The notes under the pieces are model-generated. The model was given only the letters and a program-made list of their open reading frames with translations. It made no database searches and had not been told where the DNA came from. Positions 12,528 to 26,320 of a stretch of 64,000 nt of DNA are shown in pieces. How positions within the stretch are numbered: the stretch's first letter is position 1; each line of letters opens with the position of its first letter. The translations under genes and the position numbers were made by a program. The DNA comes from Geosiphon pyriformis uo1 (taxonomy: Eukaryota > Fungi > Glomeromycota): assembly GCA_016748015.1 (NCBI GenBank), contig JAAOMT010000762.1:124001-188000 (forward strand), read 5' to 3'.

Positions 12528-15500
12528 CTATACATCTATAACTACTCGCACACTGCCTCTCAGACCAGAAAAGAAACAATAAGGCTTTCGACGACCAAAG
12601 CTAACAGCAAAGGAATTGGCCACACCAAGCAATCTCACAACACCATCAGACAGAACTGAAGACACACCACAAGGGAGCTCAGAAACAACACCAATGTCAC
12701 AGACCAGACCAGCCTTCTCCATTACCACCTGGTGGCTGGCCCTAGCCAATCATACTTTAGCACGATGTAATCTAACAACAAACCTGACATAATTAACAAT
12801 CCGAGCAGCGGCCACCTTCTTATCCTCAAAAATACTGCAAGCCTCCTCATACCACTCCTCCAGCACAAATCCTTTGCATACCAAAGTGTATAGCCCAACA
12901 TCAATAGAACATTGAGACAAAACCTGCAACACGGCAGAAGCAGGGAAACCACCAGCCAAAGCTGACCAATGGGCAGAAGCCTCCGCCAAAATCTCACCAT
13001 GGACGCCAGACTCATGAACACAAGTAAAAGTGTGGTCAGAGAATTCCACCTCACCGCAAAACAAACACAATACACTAGGGTAGCACTTATCATACAACCT
13101 CTTTCTTACTGCCACTGGCAACCTCCTGTGCACAGCCTTTATAACATAAGTGCAAAGCATTGAGGATGTGCGGTTAGTGAACCCAGTAAGCATATAAGAA
13201 TCAGGATGCCACACCTTTGCCGTGACAACCCAGTTTATGCAACCAATCATCGCATCTGAAACCATGTTACACCCAGGCCCAGCTTCCCAATGAGCACAAC
13301 AAATTGATTGAAAAATATTCCTGACAAAATAACGGGCATTACCAGAAACAGCGACACCCTCAGCAACCAAAAAATGTTCACGCACATCAGCACAAAGGGA
13401 AAAGGGAGACCCAGAGACAGCTCCAGCAGCCAAGTCAGCTTTCACATTACCAGGAATACCAGAGTGTCCTTTTACCTTAACCCAACTCATGCTAAGATCC
13501 TTATCCCTGACCAAATTGAAAATATGACACCTTTCCAGCCAGCATTGATTACACAAATCAGGGGCAACCAAAGACATTTCGGACACACATGCGTCAATGG
13601 CAGCCTGGCTGTCAAGACATAACACCACAGTACTTGAAGAAGGAACACACTCCAAAGCCAAAGTGACAGCCTATAACTCGGCCATAGTAGATGACAAAAG
13701 GCCATGAACAGCAACACCAATGCTTTTATCCAAGACTGGAAAGTATGCAGCAGCACCACAGGCGACTTCAGCAGAGCCTGCATTCCTCAAAGACCCATCC
13801 GTAAAAACTTCAAAAAAGCCCGACCAAATGTTATGCACTCCATCTTTTACCACAGAAAATTCCTTAGACCCCAAAATGTCCAAACCAAGCTTTTCCGCAG
13901 AGCCAATAGAACCAAAAACTGAGTAACCCTGACCCTTCAAAAACTCAGAAAAAACCATGAACCAGTGAGGCACAGAGCCATGCAGATCCAATCTTTTCCA
14001 ACGACGAAAAGTTTTCCAATCCAACAAAACGCCTTTCTTATCAAAAAGCCGATCACCAAAAGTGACACCAAAACATTTAAGAGATTTGACCAAATCAAAA
14101 TACAGAGACTTTCTAAGAACAAAAGATAACGGGAACTGACCAGGACTACGAAATGCAGTGGGGAGGTTGTTCACCAAAGCAAGCTCATTGTCCAGAAAGA
14201 TTTTCACCATCCCAGCCAAAAAATTGTTCACCGGACTAACACTCAACCTGACTGGAAACTGTAAAGAATCTAAGAGAGCCCAACCAAGAACCTGTAGGTC
14301 CAAAAACCTATGTCTAAACAAACACCCAAGAATACCAAAGGCATTAGAGAATGCCATTAAGGCAGCAACCTTCTCTTCTGACTGCACCTGCTCAAAAGGC
14401 TTTAGGCCATACAATGAGGGATAATGCAAAGCAGCATCAGGAAAATCACAGGGGAGACAAGCCTTGAACTTAAGACCCTTTCTAACCAAGACATCTCACT
14501 TGTGACAAACATTAGACAAGACAAAACTGAATTAAATACGATAGCTAACAATAGGCTGCAAAACAGCCAACACCAGATAGGAGAATTGTTTGTCTGTAAT
14601 AGCCTTCCTAAGCACAACATTGACAAAGAAATGTACATCTGCATGAGCCTTGGCAACACTTGGCTTGGAGAGCCCTTCAGTTGACAGAAAAATACCCAGA
14701 TACCAATGTGCCTTCCCTTTCTTGGCAATAGAAATTGGCTGACCACAAATGTTCAGTGAAGCAACTCTAACACCCTGATTGATGGGATAGCTACCGTCTT
14801 CTCACTATTGATAGAAATATCATTGATCACAAAAAATTCATTGGCAATATTCAGAGCATATTGAGTAGAAGCTTGACAATTTCCAACCCAGATCATATCA
14901 TCAACAAATACACCAGCCAAAAAATATGATGTCAAACCACTGCTGCTTTCAATTTTGCCAGATTTTGAAACAAACTTAGTATCAATCCAGTACTCACACA
15001 ATTGTTTGTGCCTCTTAACCTTACACAAAAGTGGATCGTAAAAAATTCTCCAAAGAAGTGGTGAAAAGACCTCACCCTAATCCAGCCCATCATGCACCTT
15101 ATAACCACCAGACAAACCAAAATCAGTCATCACCTTATTAACTCTATCCTCATGAATACCACCAAAAAACCTTATGAACCTTTCACACATCTTGATACGC
15201 CGCAAACTAGCTCTCAAATAATGCCACCCAACTGAATCATAAGCTTTCCGTATATCTTGCAAGACCAACCATAACTCCCTATCCTTCTCAATGGCATCTT
15301 CAATCACCAATCCAACAGCAAACACCAGAGATTGTGTTGACGTACCCTTCAGCACCAAAAAGTTGTCACCCCAAAGAACATTGAACTTGCTACAAGCCAT
15401 TGAAATACGATCAGACAGAATCTTGGAAAGAATCTTCCTGGCAGTCTCAATCAAAGCAATGGGCCAGGTGTTTGTAAGAACCCCATTCCAGTCATAAGGC

Positions 15501-17210
15501 TTAGGAATCATTGACACCCAAGCCCTCTTTTACAAAACAGGCACCACACCAACAGACAAACATTTATTAAACAGTGCCAACAGGCACCCCAAAATCACCT
15601 TACTACCATGTTTCCACAACTCATTAGGAATACCAGACAAACCAGCAGCCTTGCCATCAGGAAGACCACCAACAACAGAAAGTAACTCGCCCATACTGAT
15701 TGCACTCATAACACCCGAAAAGCATCATCCCGAACATGGTCCAAAGACGTGTACTAACGAGCCCAAAGACCAGGAAGCACTGACTGCACGGAGCATTTCC
15801 TCGTCCACCCCTCCATTATTCTATCTACACTGGACTTCACCTCTTCAGGCAACAAAACCAGATCATCATCAACTATCAAGTGATCCAACACAACCTTGCA
15901 AACAGGCTTTTCCAACACACTCCTGATCATACTACCCTTATCCGAACAGAAATTATCCATGCGCTTCTCAATCACCTTCCTAACCGAAGCTTCCTCAGCT
16001 AACCTTGACTCAAACATCTTCAACCTTCTGTAATCTCTGCGAACTAATGACAAATGCCTAACAACAACATCAGATTTAACACCCGAGCCAACCAAATCCT
16101 TGAAAGCACGAGCCTTCGCGTCATCCAGAGTCGACCATTTACCCACAAGATGATTAGCACCCAGCAAGTCACCAGAGCAAAATTTCTTGACAATCTTGGC
16201 CACCAACAATTCCAGACCAAAAAACTTAGAAGAATGTTTGTTTCTTAAACACTTGAATTCACTAAACCAAAGCCTTGAAAATGTTACATCAGCAGAATCC
16301 ACCACAGCTCCCACCAAAACTGTCCACATAGCATCCACATCACCACGTATTTTGGCACCAGAGAACACCTCACCCAAAGACAAAAGTTTAGCTGACGAGA
16401 GATCCCTAAACTTAGCCCATCCAACACAGTCAGCATTCTTGATTTTAAACTTCCAATAATCTTTATTTGCCTACTTGCGCAAGCTATTCAATTGTATATC
16501 TAGAAGCCCACCCAAACTGACCGAAACCACAACTGCCTTGTGATCGGTGTTAAAGAAATCTGAAACAGAGACAACTTGATGTCCAGCAACAGCAGAAGAC
16601 AAATTACTACCAACAAAAATGTAATCAATCGTTTTCCCAACCCCTCTTGAATTGCTCCATGTATAAGAATTAGCCAACCGATGACCAACAAATAAATTGA
16701 CCAAACCCAAACTCAAACAAAATTTGAAACTAGCACTTCTACCAGATCCATTTTCATTAAAGTCCTCTCCCAAGATAACAAAATTGCTGGAGTTGACTGC
16801 CTTTGCAATGAGAAAGTTAACTTCAGAAGCCTAACCAAATCTAGCCCAGAGGAGGCACCAGCATACAACCCCAAAACAGTAACCGAGAGCTTGCCCTTAA
16901 ACAGGAGCCGAACAGAAATAATCCAACCAGGAATCTCCTCCACCTTAGATACATGACGGGCCAAGGAAATGTTCATAACAATTGCAACCCCAGCACCCAT
17001 AAAACCCTTATCTAAGTCAGAAGAAAATATTCGCACTCCATCAAATTTGTTCTTTATCTATGGCCCAGAAGAGGACCTCAACTTAGTCTCAGTGATAAAA
17101 GAAACCATATTCCCCGAGTTCACATGCCAACAAACAATATCTGCTTGCTTCACAGGAACATTGATACCCTGAACATTGCACGTAGCAAATTTCCAAACCA
17201 AACTACTCAT
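12528..17210 (-). pseudogene. LINE ORF2: APE endonuclease, RT, RNase H and C-terminal Zn knuckle (several stops and frameshifts)
   Basis: APE FATCNVQGIN, ITETKL, GEDFN, KTIDYIF, TDHKAV; RT WPIALIETARKI, DIRKAYDSV, FVDD; RNase H VFTDGS, TMAEL, LDSQAAI, WVKVKGHSG..GNVKAD; CLFCGEVEFSDHTFTC. Confidence 0.95.
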
Positions 17211-19171
17211 TGAGATGGAAGAAAAGCCAATGAACCTGATCCAGAATGCAGATAATCCAATCTATCCAAAACTGAGCGAACTGAAGCCTCAAGAGCCACC
17301 ATATTTGATTCCAAACCACCAATCTTGGCAGTCAAATCCTTAGAACTGCTCAGACTGAAATCAACAATTAACTCACCAACATTGGGAGAAGAAGAGGCAG
17401 ACAATAACAATGTACTATCCAAAGCCAAACCTGAGTCCATATCTGAAACAACGGCAGTTGGAGATACCAAAGGAAGAGCTGAAGGAGAGGGCGCCAATGA
17501 CACCAAGTCAACGAAACTTAATTTCTTTAAAATGAGTGAGACTTGATCCAAGAGAATTTCCATAGAGCATTCCAGCACAGCCAGGCAACCACCTATATCA
17601 GCAGCACCAGACAAGAAGGAATCCATTGAGAAAGCCTTCGAACCAGAGATTAAACCAACACCAGGAGCACCTGAAGAGACAACATGAGAGGGAGAGCTGC
17701 CTGCTACTTGGGCCCATGTCTTTCCACCAAAAGAAACTGGGCAGACAATTGGTGTCTGCTTCTTCCTATAAATATTGGCCAACCGTACCCTATCCTGAGA
17801 AGTTGCCACACATTTCTCACGACCCCCAGACCCCCTACCCACAAAGCAATCAACAGAAGTATAACCAAACAGTTTGCAATGAGCGCAACTGGCCAAGGAA
17901 AGACCAGCCCAATGCAAGTCCACACTCTTAAAAACCAGAACCGAACCAATAGCAGCCAACTTGGATGCCTCACTTTCAAAACAAATTACAGCACACTGAT
18001 CACAAACATATAAAGGCAGATTACGGCCAATAAAACAAGTTTTCCCACCATAGGCATCCACCAATGCAGACAAATCATGAGCAGTAGAGCCAACTGGAAG
18101 AGTGTAAAGCAACGCCCAATGCTGATTCCTAGATACTCACGTTTGTTTATCAACATTTGCCTTTGCCATGCAAACAGAATCTTTTCCCATGAGTACAGAC
18201 CATTTAGCCGCAACCAAATCAGCTATCTCAGATGATTCATATTTCACTAGGGCCTTTTGCCAAAGACCAATAAGCTGCACTTTGATTGAAATAATCTTGC
18301 CAAACTTGGAGAACACTGTCTCAATCGCCGATTTGGGAAGATCCACTGGGATCTCCTTGACAATCACCTCCCGATCTGAACAGCTGTTTACCTTTCTTAG
18401 ATCATCATTTACCAAAATTTTTTCACTGATTGCCAATTCCCTTGTCTTAATCAAACTTTTTTCAGATGTAAATGATGACCTTATTATTCCTGGAAATTTT
18501 GAGAAAGTCGAAGCCTCCCCAAAACCATCAACTTGATAAAAAAATTTTTTCACACAAATCAACTTATCACTAACAGTTTTCTCAGGAACAGCAGAAAGTT
18601 CAATATCCAATGCAAAAGATTTCACCGAAATAAAACTCTGAATCTCCCGATCACGTAATATGACTGGCAGCAACTGATTGGATCCATCGAACATGCAAGA
18701 AGGGAGCTCCAAAACATCACCAGCACCACCCACATTAACGAAAGAAGGCTGCTTAGGCAGGTGTTTAAATACATACGTTCTCATTCTCAAACCCTTTGGC
18801 GTAGCATTACCCATTAGTTTGTCATCCCCGGAAGCGTCGGAATCGACATAGCTCATTTCTTCCACAATCGTGTCCTTCATGTTCTCAATGTCAGAAGTTC
18901 CACCAACACTTGATTCCTCGCTGTCCATTTCGCTACCCCAAGATTTCTTCTGGTCATCAATGCCACCATGTAACATGTTCACAGGCAGAGGACCAGCCGA
19001 CAAATCCACAACAACACCAGAATCATCAGGTTTCTTTGCTTTCTTGTAAGATGGACCATAAGTGTAAACACTCTCAACGCGTGCCTTTTTTTTAGTGCCA
19101 GAATGGGTCCCCACACCAGCCAAACCAGATGCTGACCCACCAGCAGAAGAGCCTACTGGATCTATTGTCAT
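17207..19171 (-). pseudogene. LINE ORF1 (RRM-like repeats, CCHC-like knuckle, C-terminal coiled coil), disrupted by stops
   Basis: ORFs 18137-19171 and 17207-18112; VIVKEIPVDLPKSAIETVFSKFG RRM-like segment; CAHCKLFGYTSVDC; stop overlaps ORF2 start (ATGA). Confidence 0.88.
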
Positions 19172-21126
19172 AAACAGAGGTGTATGTAAAAAAATAACTG
19201 AAGAGAACAGAAGGGGATAAGGGAAAAGGAAGATATTTCTTTGACTACTCTATGCTCTCATTATGGTCAGAGGATTAATGAAAGAAAGAGTTTTAAAAAG
19301 CTTTTTGTTGATAAGTGCTCCAGTAATAATTGACATTTTTTCTGAGTAGCTAATTGAGAAAAAAGATGATAAATTACTGAATGTTGTGACTAAAAAACTC
19401 TTTCTCTTTTAAATTTCATGACCATGACTAGAGCTAAAAGTAAAAAAGTTGCAAACAGTACTTTTCCTATAGTAACTAATAAAATTTTAACATAAAAGAG
19501 TCTCTCTATTATTGAAGTAGTTTGACAAAATGTTCTGGCAACATTTCTTTTAAAAAATATTAGTGAAAAACTGTTTTTAGTGGCTTCTGGTTCATTTTCT
19601 TCTCCTTTGGCTGGAAGTTCTTCTTTGGTCAAAGTTCCTTCCAAAAAACACACTTAGGTTAATCCCAGTATTGTCTTTACCACTTCAAAAAGCCCAAAGA
19701 TTTTTAATAACAGACCAGTCAACAAATTGGTCTTTCCTGCTCTCATTACTCCCATTACTACTACTATTGCTTTACAAATGGCCATAAAAACCAAAAATTC
19801 CAAAAAACAGCAGCAGACAGTCACAACTGCTATGGTTACACTAAACTTCTTTGTGGTTCCAAATAAAATCTTGGGTAAGATTTCAACAGCAGCAGCCAGC
19901 TCTCTTCTTGATATAGATGGCAACAGCAGTAGTATATTTTCCAAGATAGGCCAAGATCAACTATTGACTGTGTTGTCTGTTGTGGCAATTTCCAGCAGAT
20001 CATTGCCAATTCTGGAAGCAAAACAGTTTATTATTTCAGATAATCTCAAAGATTGAACTGATCAGATGAAAATAAAATCAACTGCTCCTCTCCCATTTTT
20101 TGGTGCTGCTAATGGTAGTGCTTGGAAAAATGTAAATGGTTGTCAAAAGTATTCTGATTAGGTGGTCTTCAATCTAGTATCTGATGCTATATTTAAGATC
20201 AAAATGGTCCTGCTTAGTTCCTTGTTTTAGTTGCTGCCTGGTTACATTGGGCTTAAGTCTGTTTCAAAAAATGCTGTTAAGTTGTTCTGTGTGGAATTTG
20301 CATCTCAAAAATATCTAAATAGTGCCACCAAAGTGGTTATTGGTAATAAAGTTTTTTTGACCACTCTTAAAATTACACAGTTTTTTGGTGTGGCCTCTGT
20401 TTTTTCCCCTTTTTTGTTAGTTGCACTTTGTAATATGTCTTTGGACATCTCTTCTAATAACATTAAAAGTGCTCTTGGCATTTTTGGTGTTGTTACTTCT
20501 GTTAAGTTAAAGTCTGCTGGTTTATGGCAATATACTGTGGTTTATTTCAAAAACACTTTTTCTGCCACTGCTACTCTTATTCACTGGTTTGTGCTGGTTA
20601 GGAAAGACAGTATTAGAATTCTTCCTGTTATCAACCAAAATGATGTTATTTTTTCAAAAGATACTTTTAAAGCTTAGTTGGTTAATCTTTCTTTTGGCTG
20701 TATTGTCTTTGAGATAAGTAATTTGGTCTCCCAAGTTGGTGGCTGTACATGTTTTATTCTTTACTCCTCTAAATTTTACTGATGTTAATGCTTTGTTGTA
20801 GTTATCTTTGATTCTTTAAAATCTCTAAATATGGCTGTGTTAAAGACTGGTACCTTACATAGTTGCTGCATCTGGTGGAAAACTTTTGGATGTCGCTGCT
20901 GCTACAGGTGTCAAGACTTGAATAATTTGGCTGTAGACTGCAAGATATCACCTTCTCTCCTACCCAAATTTTCTTCCAATGCTTCTAGTGGCCCCAAAGT
21001 TTTCAAACTTTTATTTGTTGGATCTAAATCTTATGTCAAAGCTGCTGTTTCTGTGGTTCTTCCTGCTGCTGCTGCTGCTGATATGGACTTGAATCTTGGT
21101 GGTTCCTCCAAAACTATAACACCCGT

Positions 21127-21929
21127 TGTTACAGATGATTATTTGGGGTCTCAAAGCAAATAACAAACCTGTAACTTGGTGCTCAATTGATCTATTAGTG
21201 TTGATATCTGAAGGTTTTTGTGATCTGAAGGTTTTGTTGTAAAGTTCTTTGTATAATGGACAGAGATTTAGTAATGATTATAGTAGTTTTTTGGAATTAC
21301 AATTCTGCCCAATTTTTTTCTTAGCTTGGCAGCTGGATTTACTCTGGCAGTTATGTCCTTTTGATAAGCTATCCATTAATATATATGTAATTCTACCCTT
21401 ATTTTTGGGGCTTTTACCAGGCTATTCTTAATGTCAGTAATTCAGTACTTAATCCTCAATCAATTAGTAAAACCAAAAAAAAATAACAAAAGAAATAAAA
21501 GAAAAAATAAAAGAAAATAAAGAAATGTATCAAGGCAATTACAAGTTAGTATCCCATCAATAGCTGTAATCAAGAACTATTGTTTTAGTGTGGTTAAGTA
21601 TTAATTATTATCAACATGAAGTGTTGATAGTGGGAAGTGGATTTGATATATTGAATAATTATTTATTGATATTTGTGATGTAAAAGGTTGTTTAGATTAA
21701 ATTTAAATTAAGAGGTCTCTCTTTTTTTCTTCTAATACTATAGCTATATATACATAATTAATGTTCTACGAGATTGCTCACATTCCCAAATAATGTGCTA
21801 TGATTTCTTGAACAATGTGCCATGATTTCTGATATTGCTCCATATTGTTAAACAATGTGCTCATGTGCTAATCACTATTCTCTTATTGGTTTACTATTTT
21901 TTATATCTGTTTTTTTTTTATGAGTAATA
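21127..21929 (-). repeat. 3' LTR of A1
   Basis: TGTTAC...GTAATA termini; aligns with 30262-31161 but has fewer U3 tandem units. Confidence 0.92.
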
Positions 21930-22580
21930 TTATCTCCTTCTTTTTAATATTGAGCTCTGTCAAAATTTTTATTTTGAATTATGTCAAATACTTCTTTTTC
22001 AAGTAGTGCCTGTTCTATCCTACTCTTTATTTCTTCAATCTGTGAATTATTTATTTTTTCCCATTGGTTGATAATTATTGTTTTCATATTAGAGTGTAAC
22101 AATACTTCTGAGTAGTTTTGAAATATAGTGTGTAGTTAATAAATGATCTTGATATGTAATATTAAGTTTTTTTTCTTTCCAATAATATCTTCAATGTTCC
22201 AGATTATCTCTTGGTTAAAGATTCTCTTAAATTTGTCAAGATATAACTTCTGAATATCTACTTTTTGTCCCAGTTAATAGTAGCAATATGGTATTGAAAA
22301 TTGGTCTATCTATCTGTTCCAATTTTTTTTTACCAGTTCTTCTGTTGGAATCATAATGATTATCTTTCTAAAAGTGTTCTTTACTTTCTCTACTATTTTA
22401 TTTAACCAGTTTGTTAATTGTTTCTGTAGTTGCTAGTATGGCACACTTTTCCCTTTTTGTTTGGTGTTTTGATAACAAATTGTTTGGTTGTTAATAATAA
22501 TTTTCATGTTTATTTGCTGTTGACTTAAAGCTTGAAACAATTGTTGAGCTAAAGTGTGAATATGGTCTGGTATTTCCATT
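21930..22580 (-). pseudogene. ORF3 of A1
   Basis: MEIPDHIHTLAQQLFQALSQQQ...LHTIFQNYSEVLLHSNMKTIIINQWEKINNSQIEEIK; homologous to 40689-41330. Confidence 0.75.
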
Positions 22581-25500
22581 TTTTTTTGTTGTTTTTGTCG
22601 CATATACTGTGTCTTTATATAATCTTTTGGTTGTTTAATTTGACATATTTGGTTTAATAATTATGATTGGTTTCAAATCTTGTGGAATTTTATCTGGTTA
22701 GACTAGTATTTTTTGTACTTCTAATTGTGGAATATTACTGGTGAATGATAACACTATATGGTAATATGGTTTTATTCAATTACCATGTGCTGCTTTGGCT
22801 AAAATTTTGTTATTTTATCTTAATTTATAAGCTCTATTTCCTAGAATTTCTTTTATGTAAAATAGTTCATCTCATTTGGGATCAAATTTTCTACTTTATT
22901 GTTTTTTTGCTTTGGTACAATATAGAAGTACTTTGTCTCCAATTCTGAATTTGACTGGTTTATCTAGTAGTTGGTTATTGTGTTTTTTTTTTGTTTCTCT
23001 TGTAACTTTTGAATGTTATCAGCTGCTTTTCACCATTTGCTTTCTAGTGTTTCCATTAAGTCATATGTTCTTCTCAACAATGTTTTTTGAAAATTTTCTT
23101 TTGTTATTGGTTTTGTTGGATATGTTTTGATTTCTATCTCAACTGGTAATGTTGCTGTCTTACTGTATATTAATTCAAATGGTGTTGCTTGTGTAGTGTC
23201 TTGTTTCATTGTTCTGTAAGCAAATAATACTGATGGTATGAGCAAATCTTATTCATCCTGGTTTTTTTGGCTAATCTTGGCTATTGCTTCACACAGTATT
23301 CTGTTGAATCTTTTAACTAACCTATTTGTTTGTGGATAATATGATGATAATAATGGTCTTTTTATCCCAAATCTTTGACTTAATTCTGCCAATGTTCTAT
23401 TCACAAAGTGGATTCTTTGATCTGATAGTAGTTTTTTTAAACATCCGTGTTAACAGATCAAATCTTAATAGACAAATTTGGCAACAGATTCTGTATCTGC
23501 TCTTTGAATGGGTTTTGCTTCTGGCTATTTTGTAAGATAATCCATGGCTACTGCAATATATCTGTTGCCTCTACTGGTAATTGTTAATAGTTTGACTAAG
23601 TCAATTCCAATATGATTAAATGGTTGTCTCACTTTGATTGGTCTCAATGGTTTACTGGATTTTGTTCCACCTCTTCTTTGACAAGCATCACAATTTTGAA
23701 CATATTGAATGATATCTGGATACATTAATGGCCAATAGTATTTTTTTCTGGTTCTTTCTATGGTTGCTTCTTTATGAAAATATTCTGCTGTTGGATCTGA
23801 ATGCATGTTGAATAATATTGTCTCTTTCTCCAGTTCTGTGATTACTCTGGTTGGTTGATCTAGATTTTTTTTGTTCTTCTGATAAAGTATATTTTGATGG
23901 TTGATAAAATATTTTGATTGCTGTTTTATGTTGTTTTGTTCTTTTTAAGATAATTTCTTTTTAAACAGTTAAGTATTTATATAATATTAGAGTTGCTGGT
24001 ATTTCTGTATATTCATCTTTTTGTTATATTTTTTTTTTGGGTTGAAATGTTTTTAGATTTGTTTTATTCACGACAATCTGTTAGCATTTCCATTTTTTTT
24101 TTTTTTTTTGTAATATACTGTATAGTTAAATAGTAAAAGTTTTATTTTTCATCTGGCATGGCAATCATTACCAAATTTTTGCTTCTGGATTGAAGTCAAT
24201 CTTTTATGATCAGTGTACACATCAAACTTTTGACTCAAGTATTCTTTCTATTTGATGACAGCCCAATAGATAGCTAAGTGTTTTAGTGCTGGAGTTCCAT
24301 AGTTCTTTTCACTTGGATTTAAGCTTCTATTGGCATAAGCTACTGGATGTTCTCATTCATCTGGTTTTTTTTAAGATAGTACTACTCCCAAAGCTTGACC
24401 TAATGCATTTGTTGTAATTATGAATGGCTTGCTATGATCTGGATAAATCAATACTGGGACTTGAATAAGTTTTTTTCTCAGCATATCAAAAGCTTTTTGC
24501 TAAGTTTTAGTCCATTTGTATTTGGTGTTCTTTGTTTGGAGTTAGTGTAGTGGTTGAGCTATTTTGGAAAAGTCTTTAATAAAGCAGCAGTAGTATCCAG
24601 CAAATCCCAAGAATGCTCTTAATTCCATGAGATTATTTGGTACTAGAAAGTTCTTAACAATTTCAATCTTATTTGGATCTGTTTTAATACCATCTTTGTT
24701 CACAACATGTCCCAAAAACTTTAATTTTGTTTTGTCAAAGAAATATTTATTGGCATTTAATTTCAATCCTGCTGGTTTGAGTCTTTCAAATACTTGTTAA
24801 AGATGATGCAAATAATCATCAAATTTTTTTGAGAACATATTGGTGTTATCCAAGTATACAACTACTGATTTCTATAGTAGTTTAGTATAGACAATTTCCA
24901 TAAGTTGTTAAAATGTGGTAGAAGCATTCATCAAGCCAAATGGCATCATTTCAAATTCAAAATTTTTTTTTCATATTGTAAAAGCTGTTTTTTTTTTGTT
25001 TTCTGGTTTTATGGCTACTTGTTAGTAACCACTGTTTAAGTTTAAAGTCGAAAACCATTTTTTTCTTCCAAAAGCATTGAACAGCTCTTGGATCTTTGGT
25101 GTTGGGTAACTATTTTCTTTTGTCACTCCATTTAGTTTTCAGTAATCCACACAAAAGTGGATTTTTCTATTTTTCTTATGGACTAGTACCACTGGTGATA
25201 ACCATGGGCTCATTAATGATTGAATTAATCTGTTGTCAAGCATCCAATTGATTTCTTGATGGATGATCTCATGGCTGGCTGGTGGTACTTTGTATGCTCT
25301 TTGTTTGATTGGCATTACATCTCCAGTCTTGATCTGGTGTTAAATTATGTCAGTTCTGCCAAATTCATTTTCACTGGCAAAGATGTCATTGAAGTTGTTG
25401 AGTAATATCTTGAGTTGCATCTATTAAAGTAGGTCTAAGTTTTCCAAGTTCATTTGTTCCAATTGTTTCAGTTGGAGCAGATAACATTTTTCTTGTCCAT

Positions 25501-25879
25501 ATATTGTTTGTAATGTGATATCCACATATCTGCAAAGTTGTGGAAAGTTCAGAATAGTGCTTGGTGGTTGATCTTCAACTTCAGTACTTAAGTATTCGAT
25601 TATGGTTCCTTTTGGTATTTCGATAACATCTCCAGTTGTGTTGTAGATAGAAATTTTAATGTGTTTAAGGCTTTTGGCTGATATATAAAGATTGGTGAAT
25701 CCAATCTCTCTTGTTTCACAAATAGTTGTTTCTGCTTCAAACATCTGGGCTTGACCTTTCACTTTTCTTTCTATAGTTAACATGTACTGGTCATATGGTA
25801 GAATAAAAATTGATTGACAAGTGGAAATAATTTCTTTCTTGTTAATAATTTCTTCCTTTGCCATATTAACTAATACATC

Positions 25880-26320
25880 TATTCTACCCATTGATCTGAA
25901 TCCCTGTATCTCTCTAGCTGTAATTTCTAATTCTTCTCTGTTTTCTACTAATACTAATTGAGCTACTTTAACCAAAGGCAGGAATATTGCCTGTGTTATT
26001 TTTTTATTTAGCTCTATGATATAAACTTTTTCTAAATTATTTTGTAATATAGCAATGATATTTCTTATATATCCTGCATCAATTATTTCTTCTCTGATGT
26101 TGATTTTTTTTTGCTAAACTACTTCTGAATGCTAATTGAACCATTGTTGTTGCTAAAATTTCTAGTGCTATTTTAAGATCAATGCAGATACATGAGTGTA
26201 GTTCCAATTTGATGGCATTTTTTTCTGGATATTTCAGATCAAACCCTATATCAATATTATGTGCACATTCTGGCATAATATTCTCATCATTATTGCTAAA
26301 CCATTTTAGTTCCTGCTCCT
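25880..26320 (-). pseudogene. dUTPase domain of A1 pol
   Basis: DIGFDL, LAFRSSLAKK, IIDAGY, ITQAIF, AREIQGFRSMG correspond to the five trimeric dUTPase motifs. Confidence 0.9.

Larger units (their letters stand above)
12390..19295 (-). mobile_element. Near full-length LINE (L1-like non-LTR retrotransposon with RNase H)
   Basis: Two ORFs, A-rich tail at about 12390-12403, TSD AAAAGCTTTTT (12379-12389, 19296-19306). Interrupts the B2 RT/RNase H linker at YYWSTYQQKAF|EILKEKL. Much higher GC and more CpG than its surroundings. Confidence 0.95.

Noticed and set aside
12969-19095. Many plus-strand ORFs overlapping the LINE
   Set aside because: Expected antisense shadows in GC-richer coding DNA; no recognisable motifs.
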